This document shows positions 9,076-20,289 of a DNA stretch of 25,366 nt, one piece after another. Location of the stretch: NCBI GenBank assembly GCA_009103225.1, contig RHPI01003261.1, forward strand, positions 297,126 through 322,491, in the 5' to 3' direction. Numbering within the stretch: the stretch's first letter is position 1; each line of letters begins with the position of its first letter. The position numbers were made by a program, and so were the translations under genes. The stretch is from Chlorokybus atmophyticus (Eukaryota > Plantae > Mesostigma and Chlorokybus algae). The notes under the pieces are model-generated. The model was given only the letters and a program-made list of their open reading frames with translations, did not search any database and was not told the origin of the DNA.

Positions 9076-12048
9076 ACTTTGTGTCGCTTGTCACATCCAG
9101 CTTCGTGTACCAGCGGACAAACACGACCTCCTTCCACACGCGCTCGCCGCTACCACCCCACACAACCACGCGCAGAAAAAGGAGTGCCTGAGCCCACCAC
9201 GTCACGTTCACACCGTCCTCATCACCTTCCAACTCAAGTGTAGAGAACCAAGGCCGCCCATGGAACATCCCAGTTTTGCGCGCCATGCTGACTCCTGATG
9301 TCATGTACACCGCTGCGCCTCCGTTCACCACGCGAACAGCACGCCACCCGTCGGCCAACTCCAGTTGTTCCCTCCTCAACCAGCTGTCCAGGGCGGTAGG
9401 CAGCTTGTCGACGAATGGATTCTTTAAGGCGACTTGGCGGCTACGCGCAGATCCGCTCCAGTACGGGCTGGACTCCCTCCTTGTCAGCACATCCATCCAT
9501 AGCAACTTGTCCGTCTTCTCCATGACATTACAGCACTGCTGCCGCGCCTGCGCCATGACCGAGCGCATCTCGGGATCCACGACCATGCCATCCTCTCTCA
9601 CATATTCCGCACAGCTCCATGCCTTCAGGATACGCGCCTGGTAGTCCCGGTTGTTGCCACCACGCGCCCACCGTTTGATATTTTGGGCGTGCGTCTGCTC
9701 CATGCGGTTGGCGCTGAACCAATCTGGGTGTCCACTGCTGACAATTGCCGGCCCAAATTGAGTCAGCTGATGCATCTTCTCGATCTTCCAACCTGACTTC
9801 TGTGCAGAATCTGACGACAATAGCGGATGCAACACTGCAGCTTTGAAGGCAGCAAGCTCGTTGTCGGCTGTGGTCAGGGTCTCTCTTGTGTGTTCATGCG
9901 CCTTGAGCAACTTCTTGTTCCACTGGGCAAGCGATGCGACAGCAATGGTGAAGAGATCGTTGCCCTCACTGTCGAGCAGCAAACCGTCTGCGACTGGCAG
10001 CAGCTGCAACACCGCCACTTTCTCCACCACCTGAAAGGAGTGGTTGGACAGGAAGAAATCTACTGTGCTTGTGGGTGCCTTGCAATGCGAAACCCGCAGA
10101 GTCGCCTTGCATGCATTCAGCCTGTGCACATCTGCTTGTGAGCACGTGTCGTTGGCTTTTGTGTTCAACACAAAAGCAACACCAAAGATGTGCCTGGCCT
10201 GCAAAATCTGTTTCGTGGATGGACGCATTTGTTCCTTCGCGGCGTCGTACACAGCAGCAAACAGGTGGTCAATGATGCCTCCCAGCACATGCATTGCGTC
10301 AGGGGCAAGACGAGAGTAGCAGTCAGCTCCCGGCACCCGCGACTGTTGCCAACCCCACAGTGCATTCTGTTACCAAACCACATGGCCTGGTTTCACGGAA
10401 AGCCATTCATCCTCATGAATGCCGATAATTTGACCATTACCTCCTCGACATGCATGGAGTGCTGCTCTTTGAAAGCCTTGGCTGTCTGGCGTGCATTCCA
10501 GACACCGCTATGCAGGTCCGCTCCTTCTGACGTATTGCTGGTGTGTAGAAGGCCTCGGTTCTCAATTCCCGGTCCTCATCCATCTCCAATAGATCTAATT
10601 TGGTGACAAGACAAACATCGCAAGGATGTCGTGTTTAGTTGCCCGACACAGTGCGTGCGAGTGTGGCAGTCTCCTACAACACGACAAACTTAGATGTTTT
10701 ATTGACAACATCCTCCATGCACTATTTGCTGGCAGGCTGCATCCGGTTACAACCATGCATGCCCACTACCTGCAAGTCGCTGATGAAGTTGGCAAGCGCG
10801 GGAAACACACGACGCTCGATGCCATTCGGGTCGATGAGCAGCAATCCTTCCCAACTCGCCCGCTTCACATCCCCTAACACTACATTCAAAGCGTTATGAA
10901 AAATCTCACGTTTTTAAATGGAGAACAATTCCTTGCCCTGCGCCCAGGTGGGATGCTCGGCCATCGCGTGAACCACCGGCAGAAGCGCCATCATAACAAC
11001 CCCCATGTTGCTAGCATACATGTCCCCTGTAGTTGGCAAGTGATGCCATCAGAGGGTAGCCAGAGCGCTTGCCCGCGCTGTCCAGCGTGGTCTTGTCACT
11101 GTACAGAATGGCAGGCGCCAAGTAGGACGCTTCCCCCACCTCTCTCCTCAAATCCACCTCCACATCCTTCCATCAATCGCCCGTGGAAGGATGGCCAAAG
11201 CTGTGCTCGTCATCAGTGTACTGGAGATGGAAGCCATTGGCGGCATGTGGATTGCCATACAACCGCGCGAGCCATACCTGCTCCGACCAAGAGCATTACT
11301 TACTATGCTGGCCTCAGAATAGATACTGCATCGATACTGCATTAGGTACTGCATTTCACAGACCTTGGCCGGCATATATGTGACGCAGATGTCCTGATCC
11401 TCAGGGTCTCCAGGCTTGCGCAGGTCAGCCGTCACGTAGTTCTGATACGGCAGCACACTCGCATGTGCATATGTGACATGGCTCTGATGGTTGAAGCACA
11501 TGCACCGCACACCGTGCACACACCTCAGACTGAGAGAAAGCAATCGCGGTCCGGAGGTAGCTGGTTACATGCACACCGGTCTCCCACTGGAGCTCTTCCG
11601 TCCGGCAGTGTGCATTTCGGATGCACTTGATGATCCGCCCCATGTCGGAGGCCGACAGGCCTTGGCTGTTGTTGCACTGCACGAATGCCACTGCAAGAGC
11701 ATGCTCCGAGCCATACCACCTAGATTCCGACGCGTGCGAAGGGACGCCTCCACTTCCATGTTGGCGTGCCACAGGTTTCTTATGCACACGCACACATCGA
11801 AAGCCCTCGTTCACTTCCTCCTCCTCCTGTTGCTGCTGTGCGTGTGTCTCCTGGAGGAATCCTTCAGCATCAAGCATGTTTGCATCCTGGATCGAACTCC
11901 CCGGTTCAACATGACCCGCATCGTACTGTAATGGACGCTGGCCGACATACAGCTTGATCTGCTTGCACACCCTGCTGCTAATAATGTGCATGTAGACCGA
12001 GCTGCGTGTGGCGAAGCGCATGTGGCAATACGGACAAAGGACTCCCAT
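8874..12048 (-). mobile_element. Plavaka-family (CACTA-related) transposase pseudogene with introns
   Basis: N-terminal CPYC..H..C finger; phase-0 introns 11523-11442 and 11363-11278. Diagnostic blocks: WLARLYGNP, TGD*WKDVE (TGA 11175-11173), PAILYSDKT..SGYPLMASLAN, REIFHNAL, RRVFPALANFISD, PDAMHVLGG, KMHQLTQFGPAIVSSGHPDWFSANRMEQTH..KRWARGGNNRDY. Several stops and frameshifts between 11200 and 10600. The ancestral stop is inferred at 8876-8874 from copy A. Confidence 0.87.
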
Positions 12049-12211
12049 ATCTCACTACTAACGTCGACACAGGTGTCGCCAATGTAACCTGCATCATATC
12101 CAGCAACACGCACACCCGCCGCCGCCGCCGCCACCGCCGCCGCCACCGCCACCGCTACCGCTACCCTTGCATGCCAGAGGCGGGAAACTTGGCCGCCAGT
12201 CACTGGCTCCG

Positions 12212-12382
12212 TCGTACCATTATAATGGTACGAACGAGCCATTGCACGTCCAGGGTGAGTCTCTGGATATTTTTATATACATATATATTCTGATTGAACC
12301 GTTTCAATGGTACGAAGATGCCTTTGCCAAAAGGTATAGGCATTGTACAAAGGTACCATTGAAATGGTACCTTTGTACAATG
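12212..12382. promoter_or_regulatory. GTACCAT motif cluster 3 with two perfect palindromes, between divergent genes
   Basis: Perfect 22-bp palindrome TCGTACCATTATAATGGTACGA (12212-12233), ATGGTACGA at 12307, and a perfect 20-bp inverted repeat CATTGTACAAAGGTACCATT-ga-AATGGTACCTTTGTACAATG (12341-12382). Confidence 0.55.
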
Positions 12383-12545
12383 GCAATGGCAGTTCGTACT
12401 ATTGACAACTCTGGCAATGTCAGTCCCCCTGCGCATGAAAACACCATTGATAGCTCCGCCAAGCTGTGCCCTTACAGGGGCGTGATGCCGAGGATATGTG
12501 GCGTTTGGAGGATCGTTGGCGGCACTGCCAGGGGCGTAGTGGGCA

Positions 12546-13413
12546 TTGTGGTCGAGGTCCGGGATGAATTCCATGTTTGCACAGTGCGGGCAGGGGGTCG
12601 GAGGGGTGTCCTCGATGTCAAACCCCACCAAGACTACCAAGGGCACATCCAAGGACAACAGTGACTCGGGCGATATCTTACAGGGCTCCCCCTCCGAGTG
12701 GGCAAAGGCACACCACAATACTGCCTTTAAGAAAATCCGACCCACCAGCAGCTGCGACCACGGCGACATGATTAAAGGGACCAAACAAGATTGGCATAAC
12801 CAAGGTGGGTTACGATGCACTGTCAATGCCACATGCTAGGGTTCTTTTATCTTGCACATGCACAGCCTCAAGTTTCTTGCACTTGACATACATTGTCAAT
12901 ACCACATGCACACCCTCATGCACAACCTCCAGTGTCATGCACATGAACAGCATGACCAATCTCGCAAATGCACAGCCTATTTCTATTTGCGGGAGCTCAC
13001 AAATCGCAAAATAGAAGCTGCGGAGTACCACGAACGGGTAATCCATGACCTAGTTTAATGTTTCCAGCGGTATTTAAGCAGTATGCTTGCAGATTGCCAT
13101 GTTGGTTAGAGTGAACCGAGAGCAGCGCGGCAGGCTGACTGTCTGCCTGGCGGAGTGCAACAAAGCGGAAGACGAGGTAAGCGTGTGTATGCTGATGGGC
13201 TAGTCCTCTGGCAGCACGCCACTCTTACAGCATTACCAAATGCAGGCGGTCACTCATAAAGCAACCATCAAGCGCATGCGCGTGCACGGCGAGGCGCTAA
13301 CATTCACGCTGAAGGACGAAGTAGCCGCTATACTGTCAGCGAGCGAGGCAGCGGATGAAGATGACTCCGGCGTTGAAGACTCGTCGGAGGAGGAACATGA
13401 GGAGGGGGTTTGA
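12546..13413 (+). pseudogene. Spliced gene of unknown function with acidic tail, divergent from Plavaka
   Basis: Phase-consistent introns 12805-12975 (phase 1) and 13177-13230 (phase 0) give ..DWHNQA|YFYLRELTNRKIEAAEYHERVIHDLV*.. and ..ECNKAEDE|HYQMQAV..DEDDSGVEDSSEEEHEEGV*. There is a TAA at 13056 and a frame change near 13075. The start is uncertain. Confidence 0.5.
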
Positions 13414-14081
13414 GGAGGAGTTCTGAGGCAGGCACCACGGGTTGACAAGCTGCGCATGAGTCCGACAGCTAGACTCAATGTTATAGGGTAGTTTCATGCG
13501 CAAGTCGGCTGCTCGGTTGCAAGTGGACATACTCTCCACCACTGCCGGTACATTGTATATATTGTGGGCTTTTAGGTGCAAGACCAAACAATCAGTCCAA
13601 GGTTTGTACCAGCTGCATGGCATGTTAGTGTTGGCTTACGGCAAGAAGTGCCAACTTTTGTCAAACGGCAAGGGTCACATATTAACAGCAGTGTAACGGC
13701 AAAGAAACTGCCGGCTATTGCTGTCAGCTGTCCGTAACTACCGGCTAACGGCCGTTCGTGCATATCGACCAAAGGGTAACTGGTTGACAACTCTCGGCCG
13801 GTTAGTACCACTGACAACCACTTTCGGCCCGCGGCCGTCTGCATCAGTCCACGTAAGCCAACGGCAAACCCAACAGTCCAAAAGTAATATTTCAGGCAGC
13901 GACAGGCAGGCTCAGGCAGGCTCAGACACAAGTCAGTCCCTCAGTCCTTAGTCGGTCACCGTGTAAAATTTGCGACGATGCCTTGCGGGCTGCATCATGC
14001 GATCAGTCGTATTACACATTATAAATGAGGTCTACTACAAAGTTTACTTTGCATACAGGTCGCACCTGTTGCCTCGCGGCA

Positions 14082-16142
14082 AAAAGTGCAACCTAACTGC
14101 CGCCAACTGACCGAGGCTATGTCTCGGTCAGTTGAAGCAAAAGGTGCGCGCCGTAAACTGCAGCTAACTGATCAAGACTATTTCGCGGTCAGTTGGAGGA
14201 AAAGGTGTGCGACTTCACTGCGGCCAACTCACCGAGGCTATTTTGCGGCTACTTGAAGCAAAAGGTGCGCGACATAATTGCGGCCAACTACGACCAAGGC
14301 TATTTCTGGGTCATTTGAAGCAAAACGTGCGCGATTTAACAGTTGCCAATTGATCGAGGCTAGGTTTCGGTCAGTTGGAGCAAAAGGTGCGCGACTTAAC
14401 TGCGGCCAATTGGCGACCGCTTTTACACCTCTCTATTCACCACACCGGCTGCATTTAGATACTATGTACAACACAGTTGTGAGACAAGTGTGGCAAGCTG
14501 ACTGTATTGAACAGCTTCATGCATACTCACACTTTTTGAGATTTGTTTTTCCGTCGCCGAGCAGCTGAGCTACCCTCTAGCTTGTCGCTGATGTGAGTAA
14601 CCGGAGAAGGAGTAGCAACAGGTGCTGGAGAAAGAGGAACAGCAACAACATATGAAGCAACATAAATAGGAGGAAGATGAGTTGCGCCGCCATTACCATC
14701 ATTCATTGCTAACCACACCGTTGGCGCCACCACCGCCGCAACTTAACTGCTAAATATATACTTACCTCAAAAGTGCAACCTAACTGCCGCCAACTGACCG
14801 AGGCTACGTCTCGGTCAGTTGAAGCAAAAGGTGCGCGCCGTAAACTGCAGCTAACTGATCAAGACTATTTCGCGGTCAGTTGGAGGAAAAGGTGTGCGAC
14901 TTCACTGCGGCCAACTCACCGAGGCTATTTTGCGGCTACTTGAAGCAAAAGGTGCGCGACATAATTGCGGCCAACTACGACCAAGGCTATTTCTGGGTCA
15001 TTTGAAGCAAAACGTGCGCGATTTAACAGTTGCCAATTGATCGAGGCTAGGTTTCGGTCAGTTGGAGCAAAAGGTGCGCGACTTAACTGCGGCCAATTGG
15101 CGACCGCTTTTACACCTCTCTATTCACCACACCGGCTGCATTTAGATACTATGTACAACACAGTTGTGAGACAAGTGTGGCAAGCTGACTGTATTGAACA
15201 GCTTCATGCATACTCACACTTTTTGAGATTTGTTTTTCCGTCGCCGAGCAGCTGAGCTACCCTCTAGCTTGTCGCTGATGTGAGTAACCGGAGAAGGAGT
15301 AGCAACAGGTGCTGGAGAAAGAGGAACAGCAACAACATATGAAGCAACATAAATAGGAGGAAGATGAGTTGCGCCGCCATTACCATCATTCATTGCTAAC
15401 CACACCGTTGGCGCCACCACCGCCGCAACTTAACTGCTAAATATATACTTACCTCAAAAGTGCAACCTAACTGCCGCCAACTGACCGAGGCTACGTCTCG
15501 GTCAGTTGAAGCAAAAGGTGCGCGCCGTAAACTGCAGCTAACTGATCAAGACTATTTCGCGGTCAGTTGGAGGAAAAGGTGTGCGACTTCACTGCGGCCA
15601 ACTCACCGAGGCTATTTTGCGGCTACTTGAAGCAAAAGGTGCGCGACATAATTGCGGCCAACTACGACCAAGGCTATTTCTGGGTCATTTGAAGCAAAAC
15701 GTGCGCGATTTAACAGTTGCCAATTGATCGAGGCTAGGTTTCGGTCAGTTGGAGCAAAAGGTGCGCGACTTAACTGCGGCCAATTGGCGACCGCTTTTAC
15801 ACCTCTCTATTCACCACACCGGCTGCATTTAGATACTATGTACAACACAGTTGTGAGACAAGTGTGGCAAGCTGACTGTATTGAACAGCTTCATGCATAC
15901 TCACACTTTTTGAGATTTGTTTTTCCGTCGCCGAGCAGCTGAGCTACCCTCTAGCTTGTCGCTGATGTGAGTAACCGGAGAAGGAGTAGCAACAGGTGCT
16001 GGAGAAAGAGGAACAGCAACAACATATGAAGCAACATAAATAGGAGGAAGATGAGTTGCGCCGCCATTACCATCATTCATTGCTAACCACACCGTTGGCG
16101 CCACCACCGCCGCAACTTAACTGCTAAATATATACTTACCTC
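14082..16142. repeat. Three near-identical tandem copies of a 687-bp unit containing ~60-bp hairpin subrepeats
   Basis: Units 14082-14768, 14769-15455 and 15456-16142; the only difference I saw is T/C at about 14119. The first ~340 bp of each unit is ~5.5 copies of a ~60-bp repeat (GCAAAAGGTGCGCGAC..CAACTGACCGAGGCTAT..CGGTCAGTTG). Confidence 0.97.
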
Positions 16143-19100
16143 AAGGCAGGAGCATTACAAGCCAGGTCAGCTTCATCCGAATCTAATTCTTATCCATAAC
16201 ACGTATGTCTAACAGCAAATAACGTATTTGAGTCTAAATTACGAATCCAGCAACATTAGACAACACTGGTTACTCTTGCATAACGCTAATGATTAAAATG
16301 TGCCAAAGGTAGCAGATTGAGTTATCGTCTGAGTCCAATATGGTATGAAATGAGATGTCTCCTAGTCAGACTAGGTAACCTATAACCTTAACTAGTATTG
16401 CGAGACTTTTTACCAGCATGTGCTAGGCACGACTAGACATGCTACATCAATAACAGATCATGACGCCAGACATAAAGTCTACTTTTATGTAATCTTGGTA
16501 GACTCTGCTAGGGTATCTACCAGACCCTTGTCCACCATAATATGTCCTCACTGGATGCCAGACAGAGGTTCCATTTTGCGAAGTGCATTTTGATTGGCTG
16601 AGCTAGGTGTTGCATTGTGACAAAATGCTTCTGCACAACCCAGGACATGCTTACTAGCAACTTTTCAGCTTGCTACCACAGTCAGAATGAGTGCTGTCAA
16701 TGGCTTTGGCTACCATAGCACGGTGACCACACAGTGGCATTGAAGGCTGATTTTGCACATGTGGTCTACTGCAGCGCAACAACATGTGTTTGGCTAAGCT
16801 GTCTACTTACAGCGCCTAAAAAACAACAAGACTGCATGCCTGTTCAGATTGCCATCTTGAATAAAGTTGATGACATGCATACCTTAAGCTTGCAACTGGG
16901 TGCCAGTGCCCCAAGTCAACTGGCAGCAGCTGCTTACACTGATTGGACCACGGACCCACCAGACCATCCTTCACTTCCCAAAATTTAGCCGTTCGTAGCT
17001 GGTCAGAAGTGCTAAAATTACTTTAACTGTAAGAAATAAACTGGATGAATCGGTAATTCGGTGCTCACCGCCAATGCTACCAACGTCGATGATTGCCCCA
17101 TGCATCTTGATTGCGCACTTGAAAGCACGCATTGCATACGCAGAGGCAACACACACCCATGCAGTGACATGTGAGTTCGTATACTATGTGAAGCATGGAC
17201 TACAACAACTTGCACCGTCACAATGCTGTGGTCGTTATTGTGAGCAAATGCAACCGATGAATTGCCGTTAAGCTTGCGCGATCACTGCCGTACACTACTC
17301 TGTGTTGTGTACAGCAGCTCACAATGCACTGTCTCATGTTGCACGAAGACGGATGCAGCCGAAACTGATTGAGGCACCTACACCACTCACCCACGACCAG
17401 CCACACACAAATGCAGAATGGCAATTGACACATGTAAATCGGACGATGACTAAATGTGCAAGGACAACCAATAACTGCTACGGCGTGCAGCACACAGAGA
17501 CGCTTAATTACAGTTCTGCTTATGCCCAACGGGGGCATAACAACAACGTTTAAGTTATCAGTCAATTGGTAATCCATTGTTATCCAGTTACGCCGTCGGC
17601 GTGACTTCATATATCGTCAAATATCGAGCCGCAAATTCCTCAAACAACAAGACATTACCAACAAGCAGCGGCGGTCCAAGGCATCATGTTTGCAATCAAT
17701 GTAAAGCTTAATGCGATGTATTAAGTGCGTCATAAAACGTCATCAACGCCAAGAAGAACAAAATAATTATGTGCATAAGCCTGTTAGCCTGCAATTGATC
17801 AACATACTGTAATCATCGAAACGCTTTCAAACTACAATACCTGTTTTCACCCTTAAAGGCAAACTTGATGAGAGATTATGTTTCGCGTTTACATGTATGT
17901 ATAAATACGCTGCACGATGCGCATACGTGGCATAAATTATGCATATTACAACACAAAAAGGAAATCATATAATAAACATATGAAACAAGATGAGCACAAT
18001 TAACATTGATAACATTGATTTCAATGCATTCTATAATCATTTTGTTGTATTTGTGTTCAATACATGCTGTTGCATAGTAAATGAATTAATGTGAGATCCT
18101 TCAAGACCTATTTACATTGTTATCATATGTGCATGTGCATATGGCAACACATAGATGACTCGCTGTAATATAGCTATGATTTATATATTTAAAGCGCATA
18201 CGCATATATACTATTATGTGTATTGCTACTTGAATATTGATTATATAAACAAGATAAACAAATTTATCGTTTATGAAACAATATTGCTTTTATTGATGCA
18301 ATCATAAATGCATTTGCATGATCTGAATGCAATATTCATTGATAAGCGCTTGTTTATGTTGTTATTATTATTATGTTGCAAGGCTTGCAATTACGTATGC
18401 TTTATTATAACATAAGCTTTCATGGTCCCCCGCCCTGCTTGCAGCTTTATCTTTACAAAAACGGCTTGGATTGGGGGTGGAGGTGGGGTAATGGAGTGCG
18501 TTATGTATACAATTATGCTGCTGCTTTGGGTGCTTGCATTGTGCAATGTTCAAACGCTTTGAAGTATGCAACATGTGATAATATAACACGTTTCACACTT
18601 GTGATGCTTACTATGCAGACAGTCGTGAGTGTGCATTGTTGTTGTAGTCATCATGCCCAATTGTATAGGCCCCCCCCCCCCTGCCCCCTTATAATAATTG
18701 CAGCCCCCCACCCCTGATTACTAAGAGGGCTTGAGTCGAGGGTGATGACGGGGTGGGTGGGTGTACTATACATAATAATTATATATGCCGCTACTTCGAG
18801 AGCATGCATTGTGCATTTTTCAGCTTGCATTATCATTTATCATTACATTGCATTACGCACGTAAACTGAGCATACAATTTGTTGCAAACTTTGCAAGAAA
18901 ACATATGCATCATCGTATTGCAAAATTTGTAGAAATCTATAACGCACAACTACAAAGCTTGTATAGATCGTATAATCATTCCAATATAGTATGCATGCTT
19001 GGTTAACACGTCGCACACTTTGTATGATATAACTATGCAAACATGTATGAGTAAGCATTATTTATGGTATGGTTGTATTCGCCATATTGTTATAACTGCA

Positions 19101-19429
19101 GCCTCATACCCCTTTTCATCAAAGGGGCTTGACTCCGAGAAAAAGTTGGGGGGGGGGGGGGGGGGNATAAGATGCCGCCAATTTAAATCACCCAAAGTTC
19201 ACAACGCAAGCCGCTTTTATTGTGCACTTTATCGGACACCTTGATGCAATACAAGCCCCTGTCATAAAAAAGGGGGAGGATTATGAAAAAGGGGGGCTTT
19301 TATACGGGTAAATACGGTATCAGTGCACACAATAATACACGCACTGAGGACTTTATGCTTTCAGACACTGGTGGGCGCATGCATTAGGGTTTCCATTCCT
19401 ACCAGCACGTTAACAGCAGCTTAGCGCCT

Positions 19430-19745
19430 AAACACCGTGACGGCGCCGCGCCATACCCGGAGTGTCGCGCGCACAGGAGCGCAGACAGTGTTTGGCGGTC
19501 GGGGCCGCGGTCTCGTACGGGGGGGCCTTTTCGTCATTTTTGTCGTCGTCACCTCTTGCTCCAATTGGCCGATCGACCCACGTGGGCCAATCGGCCGGAG
19601 AATGAGTTGTTTTTCGCTCTGTCGAGCGAGAGCGAGAAAGAGATGGGCGCCTATGGCTCCGTAAGGCCCCGGAGTGAAAAAAAATGCCGGCCCGTAATGG
19701 AGAGTTCACTGCAGAACTTTTACCGCTCATTGCCGACGGGCACTG
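19430..19745. promoter_or_regulatory. CpG-rich promoter-like island with a G-box-centred inverted repeat
   Basis: CpG-rich patch within TG/CA-rich DNA. GGCCGAT..CCCACGTGGG..ATCGGCC at about 19567-19597 with CCAAT on both sides. No downstream gene identified. Confidence 0.25.
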
Positions 19746-20289
19746 GCTAACGTAACACAGCATGACACGTAGATTGCCGGGAGTACTTTCAAGCTTATTA
19801 TTATCCGCAGCTGTCAGTGGTGCAAATTGTACACAATCCAGAGACATTGTCAGTCAGGCTGGCATCCAAACCTACGTCGATGCTTAACCGGTAGGCACCT
19901 GATCTTACAGTTATCATTGCAACCCAGAACCGGTGCGGCGCCGGCGACTGCAAATTCACCATACATAGCATGCAATAAGCAGACACTTTGAGCTACAGTC
20001 TACTCTCCTGATAAGTATACACTTGGTCTTTGGAAAACATATACTTATAGAGCATATATGTTTACCTCCATATAAGTATACAATATGTTTACATGTGTAT
20101 AAGTATATATTATGCATATAAGCAGAGCAATCGCATAATCAGCATCGTCTTTGCTATAAGTAGTATATGTATGCTTATAGTTAATGCACACTGCAATGGG
20201 AGGTTTCAAGCAAGTTCATGCACACCAACATGCTGCGTGTAAGTGCCCGACAACATGTGTGTCCTACTTTTGTGATGCGGATATCATCA

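Noticed and set aside
9276-12242. Numerous plus-strand ORFs overlapping Plavaka, and antisense ORFs over the OTU, MTase and pogo genes
   Set aside because: Shadow frames of GC-rich coding sequence with no motifs of their own.
14054-14070. TA-CAGGTCGCACC as a Tc1/mariner TIR start
   Set aside because: No inverted partner found in the window.
14082-14435. CRISPR-like array
   Set aside because: Units are diverged along their whole length with no unique spacers, there are no cas genes, and the context is eukaryotic.
14758-14767. ATACTTACCT resembling the U1 snRNA 5' end (also in the other two units)
   Set aside because: The match stops after 10 nt with no U1 stems or Sm site. It is just the reverse complement of a splice-donor-like AGGTAAGTAT.
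14278-16107. Repeated 96-aa (+) and 68-aa (-) ORFs
   Set aside because: They are by-products of the 687-bp repeat and read through hairpin subrepeats or the antisense of a decayed exon.
16143-19400. AT-rich region with short hairpins (16410-16535), poly-C/G tracts and a diverged ~50-bp repeat (about 18693/19091)
   Set aside because: Probably old non-autonomous element remnants, but I could not identify TIRs, TSDs or coding motifs. The short ORFs here look non-coding.
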